From Candidatus Latescibacterota bacterium (lineage in GTDB: Bacteria > Latescibacterota > UBA2968 > UBA8231), in contig OZ252098.1 of NCBI GenBank assembly GCA_965248355.1, positions 2,400,001 to 2,464,000 of the forward strand: a stretch of DNA of 64,000 nt, read 5' to 3'. Position numbers and translations under genes: made by a program. Below, one piece after another: positions 9,703 to 19,772 of the stretch. Under the pieces are notes generated by a model. That model saw only the letters and a list, made by a program, of their open reading frames with translations. It made no database searches and was not told the origin of the DNA. Numbering within the stretch: the first letter of the stretch is position 1; the number at the start of each line of letters is the position of its first letter.

Positions 9703-10376
9703 ATGGATGCGTATTCCTATATACCTCAGGCCCAGATGGCACGGCTCAAAGATCTGGCCGCTCCCGGCAGGGTCGTGGTGGTGTACGGCCCCAGGAGGGT
9801 AGGCAAGACCACCCTCATCCGGCGCTATGCTCAACAGTACGACCGGGAGGCCCTGGTGGTGACCGGCGAGGACATCTCGGTGCGCGAGTACCTGGAGAGC
9901 CAGTCCCTGGCCAGGCTGAAGGCCTTCGTCGGCCGGCGGAGCACACTGATCGTGGACGAGGCCCAGTACGTGCGGCATGTGGGGTTGAATCTGAAGCTGC
10001 TGGCCGATCACGTGGAGGATCTCCGCATCATCGCCACGGGCTCGTCATCCTTCGATCTCGCCCAGCAGACCGGGGAGCCCCTGACGGGCCGCAAGTACAC
10101 CCTGCTCCTCCTGCCCCTCGCGCAGATGGAGCTCCAGGAAGTGGAAGAAGCCCATGAGACAAGGGCCCAGCTCGAGCTGCGGCTGATCTACGGATCCTAT
10201 CCCGAGGTCGTTCTCATGGAATCGAACGAAGATCGCGAGCTCTACATCAAGGAGCTGGTCGCTTCCTATCTCCTGAAGGACATCCTGCAGCTGGAGGACG
10301 GTAGTGTACCCCAAATCCTGGACAGGTGGCTAAGCGAGACTTTGCGTCCACCGACCCACTGTCCGGAGGGGCTTGG

Positions 10377-10670
10377 ATGACGAGGAAACGCAAGACGCAT
10401 TCGGCGCAGTTCAAAGCCAAGGTGGCCTTGGAGGCTCTGCGCGAACGGCAGACGGTCAACGAGCTGGCCCACAAGTTCTCCGTCCACCCCAGCCAGATCC
10501 ACGGCTGGAAGAAGCAGTTGCTGGAGCGGCTGCCCGAGGTCTTCCGGGGCCCCGGGACCCGCCGGGCCGACGACGAGGCCGCCTTGGTGCCCGAGCTCTA
10601 CCAGCAGATCGGGCGGCTGCAGATGGAACTGGAGTGGCTTCAAAAAAAACACGAGGCTCTCGGTGGCTGA
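10377..10670 (+). CDS. IS3 transposase OrfA (HTH)
   Basis: [21 protein letters not shown]...[12 protein letters not shown]...[18 protein letters not shown]. Confidence 0.92.
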   Translation: MTRKRKTHSAQFKAKVALEALRERQTVNELAHKFSVHPSQIHGWKKQLLERLPEVFRGPGTRRADDEAALVPELYQQIGRLQMELEWLQKKHEALGG

Positions 10671-11490
10671 GCGCCGCGCCCTCATCGAGCCGCACCCCGG
10701 CCCGCTGAGCGTGCATCGGCAGTGCCAACTGCTCGGGCTGGCCCGCTCCAGTTTCTACTACCGCCCGGAGGCGCCGGATCGGCTCACCCTCGACCTGATG
10801 AACGCCATCGACCGGATCTACACCGAGCACCCGGTCTACGGCGTGCGCCGGATCTGCGCGGCCCTGAGGCGGGACGGCTACCCGGTCAATCCCAAGCGCG
10901 TGCACCGCCTGATGAAGGCCCTGGGCCTGCAGGCGATCTATCCCCGGCCGCGACCGACCACCCCCAACCCTCAGCACCGGGTCTATCCGTATCTGCTGCG
11001 AGGGGTGACCGTGAACCGGCCGGACCAGGTGTGGTGCAGCGACATCACCCATCTGCCGATGCCCTCCGGCTTCGTCTACCTGGTGGCGGTCATGGACTGG
11101 TTCAGCCGCTACGTGCTGGCCTGGCGGGTCTCCAACACCCTCGACGCGGCCTTCTGCCTGGAGGCCCTGGAGGAAGCCCTGAGCCAGGGGCGGCCGGAGA
11201 TCTTCAACACCGACCAGGGGGCCCAGTTCACCAGCACCGCCTTCACCGGGCGGGTCGAGGCGGCCGGGGCCCGGGTGAGCATGGACGGCCGCGGCCGGGT
11301 GCTGGACAACATCTTCATCGAGCGGCTGTGGCGCTCCCTGAAGTACGAGGACATCTACCTGAAGGCCTACGACAGCGTCCCCGAGTTGATCGAGGGCGTG
11401 GCGGCCTACTTCCGCTTCTACAACCTCGAGCGGCCGCACCAGGCCTTCGACTACGAGACCCCCAGCGATGTCTACCACCGGGCGGCCTGA
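10663..11490 (+). CDS. IS3 transposase OrfB (rve/DDE), expressed via -1 frameshift
   Basis: [42 protein letters not shown]. Confidence 0.93.
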   Translation: MAERRALIEPHPGPLSVHRQCQLLGLARSSFYYRPEAPDRLTLDLMNAIDRIYTEHPVYGVRRICAALRRDGYPVNPKRVHRLMKALGLQAIYPRPRPTTPNPQHRVYPYLLRGVTVNRPDQVWCSDITHLPMPSGFVYLVAVMDWFSRYVLAWRVSNTLDAAFCLEALEEALSQGRPEIFNTDQGAQFTSTAFTGRVEAAGARVSMDGRGRVLDNIFIERLWRSLKYEDIYLKAYDSVPELIEGVAAYFRFYNLERPHQAFDYETPSDVYHRAA

Positions 11491-12190
11491 GCGCGGGGGC
11501 TCCTCACGGCCTCGGTGGCCCGGCCTGGGTGCAAGTCCGGGAGGCGGGGCTTCGGTCCCAGCGCCGGGGCGCAGTACGGCTCCATTACATCTCGAGACTC
11601 TCGCTTGTACAAGCCCAATTCCTGTCCAGTTGACGGGGTACACTTCCGACGTCCGGCATGCTGACAAACTGCAGCGCCTGCTGCAACTGCTCGCCTTTCA
11701 GATCGGCCGGGAGGTCTCGGTCACGGAACTGGGGACTCACCTCGGCATGACCAAGAACACGGTGGATCGCTACCTCGACCTGCTGGAGAAGACCTATGTC
11801 GTCTACAGCCGGCACGGCTTCAGCCGCAATCTCCGCAAGGAGGTCACCAGGAGCCGCCGCTACTACTTCTACGACAACGGCCTCAGGAACGGCCTGATCA
11901 GCAACTTCAACCCCTTGTCCCTGCGGCAGGACACGGGCGCCCTGTGGGAGAACTACGTCCTCGTGGAGCGGCTGAAGCACAATCTGTACACGGGGCGCCT
12001 GGTGGAGAGCCGGTTCTGGCGCACCTACGACCAGCAGGAGATCGACCTGGTCGAGGAGTGGGGCGGGCGCCTGCAGGCCGCGGAGATGAAGTGGTCCACC
12101 CGGGCCGCCGTCCGCGCCCCCGGCGTTGGCGCAAGGCGTATCCGGACGGCTCCTTTCAGGTGGTTCACCCCGAGAACTACCTCGACTTCA

Positions 12191-13801
12191 TCACCGGCTG
12201 ACCGGTCTCCAGTCGTTGTCCCAGAACCCCCAGTCCAGGATCTCGCCCTCGGAGTAGACGAGGTAATCCGGAAGCAACTGCATGTCCAGGTGACCGCCCC
12301 AGCAGATGGCGTCGGGCGCCGTGCCCCCGTGGACGGCGACGTAGCGCCGCGAGTTGCGGGGGTGAGGAAAGAGGGCGAAGAGGGCGGCGCGACCGCCGCG
12401 GTAGAGGTTGCCCCCCAGGCGGACGGCGCCTTCCTCGAAGGCCAAGGGCAGGTGCTCGGCGAACTGGCCCAGCACGGCGTTGCTGGTGGGAGTCCCGTAG
12501 AGCAGCAGGTTGTGGCTGTCGCGGTCCTCGCCGGTCAGGTCCACGTCCCGGACGATGGGGAGATCCACCGTGTTCTCCCCCATGATGACGCCGCGGTGAA
12601 CGCCGCCGTTGCGGCTGCGGAAGTACCCGGCGGCATGGCCGGCCACCCAGTCGTTGAAGAACCCCTCCTCCTCGGAGCCGGAGGTCCCGGGCACCAGCAG
12701 CAGGCCGTCGAAGAACAGGTCGCCCATGGGCCCGGAGCACCCGTGCCGCTTCTGGTTCTCCAGCGAGAAGGTGCCCCTCTGCCAAGCGCCGTCCGGGGGC
12801 CGGCGAAAGGACTGGCGGCGGCCCGGGTCGAGGCGGCCCAGATCCTGCCCGTCGATGACCACCTGCAGGGGAGCGGCCGCATCCAGGGGGCCCAGGGACA
12901 GGGCGCGGACGCCCTCCGTCCTCACCGTCAGACGATCTCCGGACCGGCGGGCGTCCACCTCGCCGGGCGCTCCGTAGCCGGCGAGCTGGTCGATCTCCAC
13001 CCAGTACGAGCGGTTGTGGCGCAGGCCGCGGGCCACCAGGGAGACGTGGTCCGGGCCGTCCGGCCGGCGCTGGTCCAGCAGCCAGGGGATCACCCGCTCC
13101 CAGATCTCCGGCGTGCGGCAGCCGTGGCCGGTGCGGGGCACCTCGGTGTAGGAGTGGGGGAACCCTCTCTCCGCCAGCAACTGAGCCATGCGGCGCGAGT
13201 GCGCCACCGGCACGCCGCCGCCCACGGCCCGGTCCCACTCCCCGTGGACGATCCACAGTGGCGTGTGCCGCAGGTTGTCCACCAGGAAGGCGGCCGAGCG
13301 GGACTGCCAGGAGGGCTCCTCCCAGGGGTGCATGCGGAAGACCAGGCCCCCGGGCTTCTCCCACAGGCGGTAATCGCAGTACCCGCAGAAGGGCGCCGCC
13401 GCGGCGAAGAGGTCGGGATAGTGGGAGACCAGGTACCAGACGGCGGCCCCGCCCATGGAGGAGCCCGTGATGCTGATGCGCGCCCGGTCGATGGCATGGT
13501 GGGCGGCCACGTGCTCGATCGCCTCCAGGACGTCGACCTCCCCGTAGTTCTGGTAGACCGAGCCGGGGCCCCGCCCGGTCGGCCGCAGGACCACGCAGGA
13601 CCGGCCCGAGGCCGCGGCGATGGCGGCCATCTCCTCGGTGAGGGCCACGGCCCCCGGCAGGTCGGTCATGGCGCCGGGGCTGACCTCGAGAATCAGGGGC
13701 TTGGGCTCCGGACCCGTATCGGTGGCGCAGACGGCGCACGGGTGGAGGCGCCCGTCGACGGCGGAGCGGAAGTACTGGAGCTGGCCTGCGGGGGATCTCA
13801 T
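12191..13801 (-). CDS. Alpha/beta-hydrolase (prolyl oligopeptidase/esterase-like)
   Basis: RSAVDG, GEVDVLEAI, ITGSSMGG nucleophile elbow, HGEWD, GH; ATG overlaps the upstream stop (TGATG). Confidence 0.8.
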   Translation of the reverse strand: MRSPAGQLQYFRSAVDGRLHPCAVCATDTGPEPKPLILEVSPGAMTDLPGAVALTEEMAAIAAASGRSCVVLRPTGRGPGSVYQNYGEVDVLEAIEHVAAHHAIDRARISITGSSMGGAAVWYLVSHYPDLFAAAAPFCGYCDYRLWEKPGGLVFRMHPWEEPSWQSRSAAFLVDNLRHTPLWIVHGEWDRAVGGGVPVAHSRRMAQLLAERGFPHSYTEVPRTGHGCRTPEIWERVIPWLLDQRRPDGPDHVSLVARGLRHNRSYWVEIDQLAGYGAPGEVDARRSGDRLTVRTEGVRALSLGPLDAAAPLQVVIDGQDLGRLDPGRRQSFRRPPDGAWQRGTFSLENQKRHGCSGPMGDLFFDGLLLVPGTSGSEEEGFFNDWVAGHAAGYFRSRNGGVHRGVIMGENTVDLPIVRDVDLTGEDRDSHNLLLYGTPTSNAVLGQFAEHLPLAFEEGAVRLGGNLYRGGRAALFALFPHPRNSRRYVAVHGGTAPDAICWGGHLDMQLLPDYLVYSEGEILDWGFWDNDWRPVSR

Positions 13802-14436
13802 CAGCGCCAGCCTTTCGCCGTCACGATCTGCCCGACCTCTTGCTCCAGTGCCCTGAAGGCGGACAGCTCGCGAAGCGGGGAGTAGTCCTGGATGTCCCAT
13901 GCCAGGCGATGCACGGCTTGGCTCACATTTGAATCTGTGCAATCGTCTCGTCGGGAGGTCGGTAGCGATTCTGAGGAGGTCATTCAGGATCCCTTTGGGA
14001 TCTGGCAGCCCTTCCAGCTGCTGCACCGCCGGCATCGAGAGAGGGACGGAACCTCGTGGATTCCCAGCCGCGCTCCGCAGGGCGGCCTCGTCGATCAGAG
14101 CCAGGCCTCTGTCATCCGCGCCGGCAACACCGCTACCGTGCGTCCACGATCCCAGGAATCCACCTTGGCCAACGCCGTCTCGATCTCCTCGACGCGCCGC
14201 TCCCGCGGCTCTCCCTCCGCGTCTCGGTGCACGAACAGCAGATCGCACGGAAAGAGATCGACCGCCCGCTCTACTTTCTGCGCAAGATCCTTGGGAGGGC
14301 GCGGCAGGCGTCTGAGGTCGGCCCATTCAATGTTCACCCCGAAGGGAACCTGCTGCCGCAGTATCCACTGCAGGATCGGGGGCAGAGCCCGGTCGGTGGG
14401 ACCGTCGGTGAGCAGGGTACAGCGGAGCTCCTTCAC
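13801..14436 (-). pseudogene. DUF4276-like protein, partner of the ABC ATPase; two apparent frameshifts (about 14096 and 13928)
   Basis: (V)KELRCTLLTDGPTDRAL...LLFVHRDAE...RMTEAWL / LIDEAALRSAAGNP...DPK / VHRLA..IQDYSPLRELSAF; GTG overlaps the ATPase stop. Confidence 0.6.
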
Positions 14437-15916
14437 CCTTCGTGCCCGTCGAAGGGCAGCAACATCTGCACCTCGGGGCGGTCGATTACCCTGCGGGCTC
14501 CGGGGAACCCGTCCTGGGCCTGCTTTTGCTCCGGCAGCACCTGATTCAGGTAGGACAGCAGCTTTCCGAGCGGGGCCTCGATCGCATCTGCTTCCCCGGC
14601 TCTCCATGTGTCGGGAAGACAGGAGCAAGAGAGTCTGTCGAACCGTTCTCCTCCGTCCTTGACCGTCTCCCTCGACTCGGCCACCAGAAGGCTGTCTTCG
14701 GGAACCTGGGACACGACGGCTGGTGAATGGGTGTTGACGATCACCTGCCGCAGCGGGTTGTCGTCGCCCACCGGCTCATCCGTGTCCGTGGCGATGTCCT
14801 TGAGAAGGGACAACATCGCCGGAATCCGCTCGGGATGGATCCCGTTCTCCGGCTCCTCCAGGCAGAGGAGCCCCCGGCATTGCGGATCCAGTTCCAGCAC
14901 CGACAGGGCCAGGAAGCGCAAGGTGCCGTCCGAGAGGGCCCGGGCCGGATGCTCGGTCCCGTCCCGCATCCGCACGTTGACCGTGAGGAGTTCCCGCCGC
15001 TCGTCCCGGTCGACGCGCAGTTCGGCGACCTCCTCGACCAACTCCAGCCGGCTGGCGATCTGGCCGTGGACTCTGGATTCCCAATCCTCCCGGCCGTTCC
15101 CCCCTTCCCGCCTGTCGCCACGGCCGAGCCGGTCGAGCGTCCTGGCTAGGACCCGTCGGCCCCCAGCTCGTCGGGGTCGTTGAAGGAGTCGGGCTTCCTC
15201 ATCGCCGAAGGCTCGAGCTGCAGCAGCCGCCAGGACTCCATCTCCCGACGAGCGACAAGCGCCGTGGGACTCTCAGCGGTAGTCGACGACAGTACGGTTC
15301 TCGGCAGAGTGGCGGCCGGGAATGGGACCTGCCTGCCCCGGCTGCCTCCGTCCTGGTGCAGGCGGATGACCCGCTGTCCTTCACCATACGGGGTGGAGAT
15401 GAAAGGTGGTTGCCGCCGGCCATGCAGCACGCTGTCCCTCCACCTCGACTTGCTGTGGGGGAAGGACAAGTGCTTCGGGGCGGTCCCCGTGGGGATGTGC
15501 GTGAGCTCCTCATGGCGGATCTCCAGTCCCGGGCCCCCGGTTCCACCGACATCTCCTCGGAGACCCAACACCAGCCGATAGCGCACGAAGGTCATGGTCG
15601 CCTTGGCCCTCTGACCCAGGTCGTCCCATTCCTCTTTGGGCAGCAGCATCTCCGCTTCCAAGGACATCTCGCCGGCGTAACGCTCGGCAGTACGATGGAA
15701 GAGACTGCGCACATCGGTCGACCTGGCGTCCTCGTCCCGTACTGACAAAGCGGCCTCGGCCAAGGTCATCGTCGAGAGGTTGCTGAGGAACCGGATCGCG
15801 TCGAAGAGGTTGGACTTGCCAACGCCATTGGGACCTGCCACACATGTGAAGGGCCCGAAGCGGACGTCCAGGTCCACCAGGTTCTTGAATCCCGAAACTC
15901 TGAGTCTCGTCAGCAT
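14433..15916 (-). pseudogene. ABC/AAA_21-type ATPase, frameshifted near 15150
   Basis: GFKNL, Walker A GPNGVGKSN, signature LSDGT, Walker B LLCLEEPENGIHP, H-loop NTHS, split over two frames. Confidence 0.82.
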
Positions 15917-16027
15917 GTCAGCGCTCCCCGCTCTCGCCGAATCTAGCCGCCCCCTCTCTCCCCGGCAAAGCACCATCGCCGCCGCCGGATTGCCGGCCTT
16001 CCGCGCCCGCCGTTACCTTCCGCCCCC

Positions 16028-17842
16028 ATGACCAACCTCCGCCAGTTCCTGGACCTGCTGCGGCGCGAGAAGGAGATCGTCGATGTCGAGGCGCCGGTCT
16101 CCGCCGATCTCGAGATCGCCGAGATCCACCGCCGGGTCATCGCCGCCGGCGGGCCGGCGCTGATGTTCCGCAACGTCGAGGGCGCCGACTTCCCCTGCGT
16201 GACCAACCTCTTCGGCACGCCCCGCCGCGTGGAGCTGGCTTTCGGCCCGCGCCCGGGTCGGTTCCTGCGGGAGCTGGTCAGCCTCGCCCAGGACCTGCCC
16301 GACCTCTCGCCGGGAAAGCTGTGGTCGCGGCGCGGGCTGGCCCGCGAGGCCCTGCGGGTGGGCATGAAGTCGGTGCGCTCCGCCCCGGTCACCGAGTGCC
16401 GCCAGCGGTCGCCCGACCTCACGCGGCTGCCCCTGCTCAAGACCTGGCCCGAGGACGGCGGCCACTTCGTCACCCTCCCCCTGGTCTACACCGAGCACCC
16501 GGGGACCGGCCACCACAACCTCGGCATGTACCGCATGCAGCGGTACGACGAGCGCACCCTCGGCGTGCACTGGCAGATCCAGAAGGGGGGCGGCTTCCAC
16601 TACCACGCGGCCGAGCGGGAGGGCCGGCCCCTGCCCCTCACCCTGCTCGTGGGCGGCCCCCCGGCGCTGATCCTGGCGGCGATCGGTCCGCTGCCCGAGA
16701 ACGTGCCCGAGCTGGTGCTGGCCTCGCTGCTGCAGGGCGGCAAGGTGCGCCGCGCCCGCGTCGACGGGCACCCGCATCCCCTCCTGGCCGAGGCCGAGTT
16801 CGCCGTGCAGGGGCACGTCCCGCCCCGGGAGCGCCGGCCGGAGGGCCCCTTCGGCGACCACTTCGGCTACTACTCCCTGCGCCACGACTACCCCTTCCTG
16901 CAGGTGGAGCGCCTCTTCCACCGCCGCGACGCCGTCTTCCCCGCAACGGTGGTGGGCAAGCCGCCCCAGGAGGACCTCTGGCTCGGCAACTACATCCAGG
17001 GGCTGATGGCGCCGCTCACCCGTCTCGTCATGCCCTCCATCCGGTCCGTCTGGAGCTACGGCGAGACCGGCTACCACTGCCTGACCTCGATCGTCGTGGA
17101 GGAGCGCTACAAGCGCGAGGCCATGAAGTTCGCCTTCCGCATCCTCGGCGAGGACGGCGGCCAGCTGGCGCTGACCAAGTTCCTCGTCGTCTACGACGGC
17201 CCGGGCGCCGACCAGACCGACTTCCGGCAGGTCCTGGCCCACGTGCTGGCCCGCTGCCGTTTCGAGACCGACCTCTTCGTCATCGCCAACCTCGCCATGG
17301 ACACCCTCGACTACTCCGGTCCGGCGGTGAACGAGGGCAGCAAGGGGATCCTGCTCGGCATCGGCGATCCGGTGCGCGAGCTGCCGGGCGAGTTCACCGG
17401 CGAGCTGCCCGCCGGCGCCCGCCAGGCGGCCGTCTACTGTCCCGGCGCCCTCGCCGTGGCCGGCCCCTCCTACGCCGAGGACCGGGACTACCCCCAGCGC
17501 CTGGCGCGGGACCCGCGCTCCGCCCCGTGGCCGCTGATCTTCCTCGTGGAGGACACGGCCGTGGTCGAGCGCAACGTCGCCTTCCTGTGGAGCGCCTTCA
17601 CCCGCTTCGAGCCGGCCGCCGACGTCCACGCCGCCGGGTCGCGGATCCACCGCCATCACGAGATCCTCACCCCGCCGGTCGTCTTCGACTGCCGGCTCAA
17701 GCCCGGTTTCCCGGAGGAGTTGTTCCCCGACGAGGAGACGCTGCGAAAGGTGTCGCGCCGCTGGGGGGAGTACTTCCCCGACGGCAACGTCGAGGGCGAG
17801 GAGGACCGGCTCGGGTACGGCGGCTTCACGCGGATGGGGTGA
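16028..17842 (+). CDS. UbiD-family (de)carboxylase
   Basis: GPALMF, TNLFGT, WPEDGG, NLGMYRMQ, EGPFGDHFGYY, VGKPPQED, DTLDYS. Confidence 0.92.
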   Translation: MTNLRQFLDLLRREKEIVDVEAPVSADLEIAEIHRRVIAAGGPALMFRNVEGADFPCVTNLFGTPRRVELAFGPRPGRFLRELVSLAQDLPDLSPGKLWSRRGLAREALRVGMKSVRSAPVTECRQRSPDLTRLPLLKTWPEDGGHFVTLPLVYTEHPGTGHHNLGMYRMQRYDERTLGVHWQIQKGGGFHYHAAEREGRPLPLTLLVGGPPALILAAIGPLPENVPELVLASLLQGGKVRRARVDGHPHPLLAEAEFAVQGHVPPRERRPEGPFGDHFGYYSLRHDYPFLQVERLFHRRDAVFPATVVGKPPQEDLWLGNYIQGLMAPLTRLVMPSIRSVWSYGETGYHCLTSIVVEERYKREAMKFAFRILGEDGGQLALTKFLVVYDGPGADQTDFRQVLAHVLARCRFETDLFVIANLAMDTLDYSGPAVNEGSKGILLGIGDPVRELPGEFTGELPAGARQAAVYCPGALAVAGPSYAEDRDYPQRLARDPRSAPWPLIFLVEDTAVVERNVAFLWSAFTRFEPAADVHAAGSRIHRHHEILTPPVVFDCRLKPGFPEELFPDEETLRKVSRRWGEYFPDGNVEGEEDRLGYGGFTRMG

Positions 17843-17930
17843 GGAGATGGGTAGAGCGGGATGCGATTGCATCAATGAAATTGTCTAGAATGTGGCATCC
17901 ATTGAGGCTGGCTTTGGAGAAGGAGGTATC

Positions 17931-18935
17931 GTGACCGCACCCTGCCTGAACGTCGCCGTCATCGGCTGCGGCAGCCACGCCCAGGGGCACTTCCGCATGA
18001 TCGCCGCCGAGCCGCGCCTGCGGCTGGCCGGGGTCTGCGACCTCGACCCGGAGAGGCTCGCCCGGGCGGTGGAGGAGCACGGGCCGGTGCCGGGCTTCCA
18101 GGACTACCGCCGGCTGCTCGACGAGGTGGAGCTGGACGTGGTCCACGTGGTCACCATGCCCGGACACCTGTTGCCCATCGTCCTGGAGGTGCTCGACCGC
18201 GGCCTGCACGTGTCGGTGGAGAAGTCGCCCGGCATGACCTCGGAGGAGACGCGGCGCATGGCCGAGGCGGAGGCCGCCTCGAAGGGCCGGGCCATCGTCT
18301 CCCTGAACCGCCGTTACTACCCCGAGGTGCTGGCCGTGCGCCGTCTGGTGCAGGAGCGGGGCGCCGCCGTGCACGTGGCGGCCACCTACAACAAGCCCCT
18401 GATCCGCATCGGCACGCCGGACGTGCCGGGGAGCCCGGACCCGCTGATCTGCGACGCCATCCACCACGTCGACCTGATCCGCTGGCTCGCCGGCGAGGGG
18501 ATGACGGCGGCCCGGCCGGTCGAGGTCCACGGGGAGGTCGCCGACGGCGGGCGCACTACCGACCACCGCCACAACGCCGTGGTCCGCTTCGATTCCGGCG
18601 CCATCGGCGTGCTCATGAGCCACTACGGCGTCGGCTTCCGCATCCAGCGCGCCGAGGTCCACGCCGACGACCTGTCCGCCTACCTCGAGCTGACACGGGG
18701 GCGCCAGGTGGAGCTTTACACGGCCGCCGACACCGGCGACGGCACGACCCGGGGCGGGCGGGTCAGCGACGATCTCGACCTGGAGCCGGTGGGCGGTCCC
18801 GACTTTGACGAGGTGCGCCACTTCACCGACTGCATCCTCGAGGACCGCCAGCCCTGGTCCACCCTGGAGGACGCGGTGCGCACCATGCGCCTGTGCGAGG
18901 CGATCCGCGCCGGGCACCGGGGACCGCTGGCATGA
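17931..18935 (+). CDS. Gfo/Idh/MocA family oxidoreductase
   Basis: SD AGGAGG then GTG; VAVIGCG, HVSVEKSP, NRRY, DAIHHVD. Confidence 0.9.
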   Translation: MTAPCLNVAVIGCGSHAQGHFRMIAAEPRLRLAGVCDLDPERLARAVEEHGPVPGFQDYRRLLDEVELDVVHVVTMPGHLLPIVLEVLDRGLHVSVEKSPGMTSEETRRMAEAEAASKGRAIVSLNRRYYPEVLAVRRLVQERGAAVHVAATYNKPLIRIGTPDVPGSPDPLICDAIHHVDLIRWLAGEGMTAARPVEVHGEVADGGRTTDHRHNAVVRFDSGAIGVLMSHYGVGFRIQRAEVHADDLSAYLELTRGRQVELYTAADTGDGTTRGGRVSDDLDLEPVGGPDFDEVRHFTDCILEDRQPWSTLEDAVRTMRLCEAIRAGHRGPLA

Positions 18936-19768
18936 AGCTGTCCCTGTCGACACGGGTGGCCGAGAGCTTCTCCGACAAGCGGCAGGCCGCCATGCCCCTG
19001 GAGCAGCTGGCCGAACTCGCCGCCCACGAGGGCTACCAGGCGATCTGCATGCGCGCCTCCCAGGTCGGGGTCGATTCCTCCCGGGAGGAGGTGGAGGCGG
19101 CACGGGAGCTGCTGGCCGCCCGCGGTCTCGGCGTCTCCATGGTCACCGGCGACTTCCCCATCCCCGAGAACTCCGACGAGGGCCCCGGATCCCTGCGCAA
19201 CATCACCCCCTACCTGGACCTGGCCGACGGCCTCGACTGCGACCTGTTGCGGGTCTGCATGAAGACGGCCGACGACGTCGAGTGGGCGCGCCGGGCCGCC
19301 GACGAGGCCCGCGAGCGCGGCCTGCGGCTCGCCCAGCAGTGCCACACTCGCTCTCTCTTCGAGACCGTCGACGAGTCGGTGCAGGTGCTGCGCAGTGTGG
19401 ACCGGCCCAACTTCGGCGTCACCTACGAGCCGGCGAACCTCGAGCTGTGCGGCCAGGACTACGGCGCGGCAACCCTTCAGGCCCTGGCGCCCTGGATCTT
19501 CAACATCTACGTGCAGAACCAGCGCCTCCACGCCGGCGGCGCCGACCGCATCGAGACCTGGTGCCGCGGCCCCGTCCCCTTCGACCAGATCCCCCTGTGG
19601 GAGGAGGGCGGCATCGACTTCCCCCTGATCTTCGGCCAGCTCTCGGCCCTCGGCTACGATGGCTGGGTCACCGTCCACCAGGCCTCGGCCGGCCTCGGCG
19701 GCGCCGGGGAGGCCGCCCGCCGCAGCGCCGCCTACCTGCGCGGCATCGGCTCCTTCGACGAGGGCTGA
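18932..19768 (+). CDS. Sugar phosphate isomerase/epimerase (AP endonuclease 2 TIM barrel)
   Basis: VDRPNFGVTYEPANL, GGIDF, GYDGWVTVH; ATGA coupling. Confidence 0.8.
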   Translation: MKLSLSTRVAESFSDKRQAAMPLEQLAELAAHEGYQAICMRASQVGVDSSREEVEAARELLAARGLGVSMVTGDFPIPENSDEGPGSLRNITPYLDLADGLDCDLLRVCMKTADDVEWARRAADEARERGLRLAQQCHTRSLFETVDESVQVLRSVDRPNFGVTYEPANLELCGQDYGAATLQALAPWIFNIYVQNQRLHAGGADRIETWCRGPVPFDQIPLWEEGGIDFPLIFGQLSALGYDGWVTVHQASAGLGGAGEAARRSAAYLRGIGSFDEG

Positions 19769-19772
19769 CCCC

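Larger units (their letters stand above)
10300..11647 (+). mobile_element. IS3-family insertion sequence, 1348 bp, 3-bp target duplication GAC
   Basis: IRL GGTAGTGTACCCCAAATCCTGGACAGG; IRR (reverse complement) GGAAGTGTACCCCGTCAACTGGACAGG; GAC at 10297-10299 and 11648-11650; overlapping orfA/orfB with an A8 slippery run at 10642-10649. Confidence 0.95.
9703..12201 (+). pseudogene. AAA_14 + DUF4143 ATP-binding protein interrupted by an IS3 element (pieces 9703-10299 and 11651-12201), with an additional frameshift near 12120
   Basis: Walker A GPRRVGKT, LIVDEAQ, ATGSS, LTGR, YGSYP; after the IS: ...YYFYDNGLRN...GALWEN...FWRTYDQQEIDLVEE. Removing the IS and one GAC restores LQLEDVRHADKL in frame. 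Confidence 0.9.
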
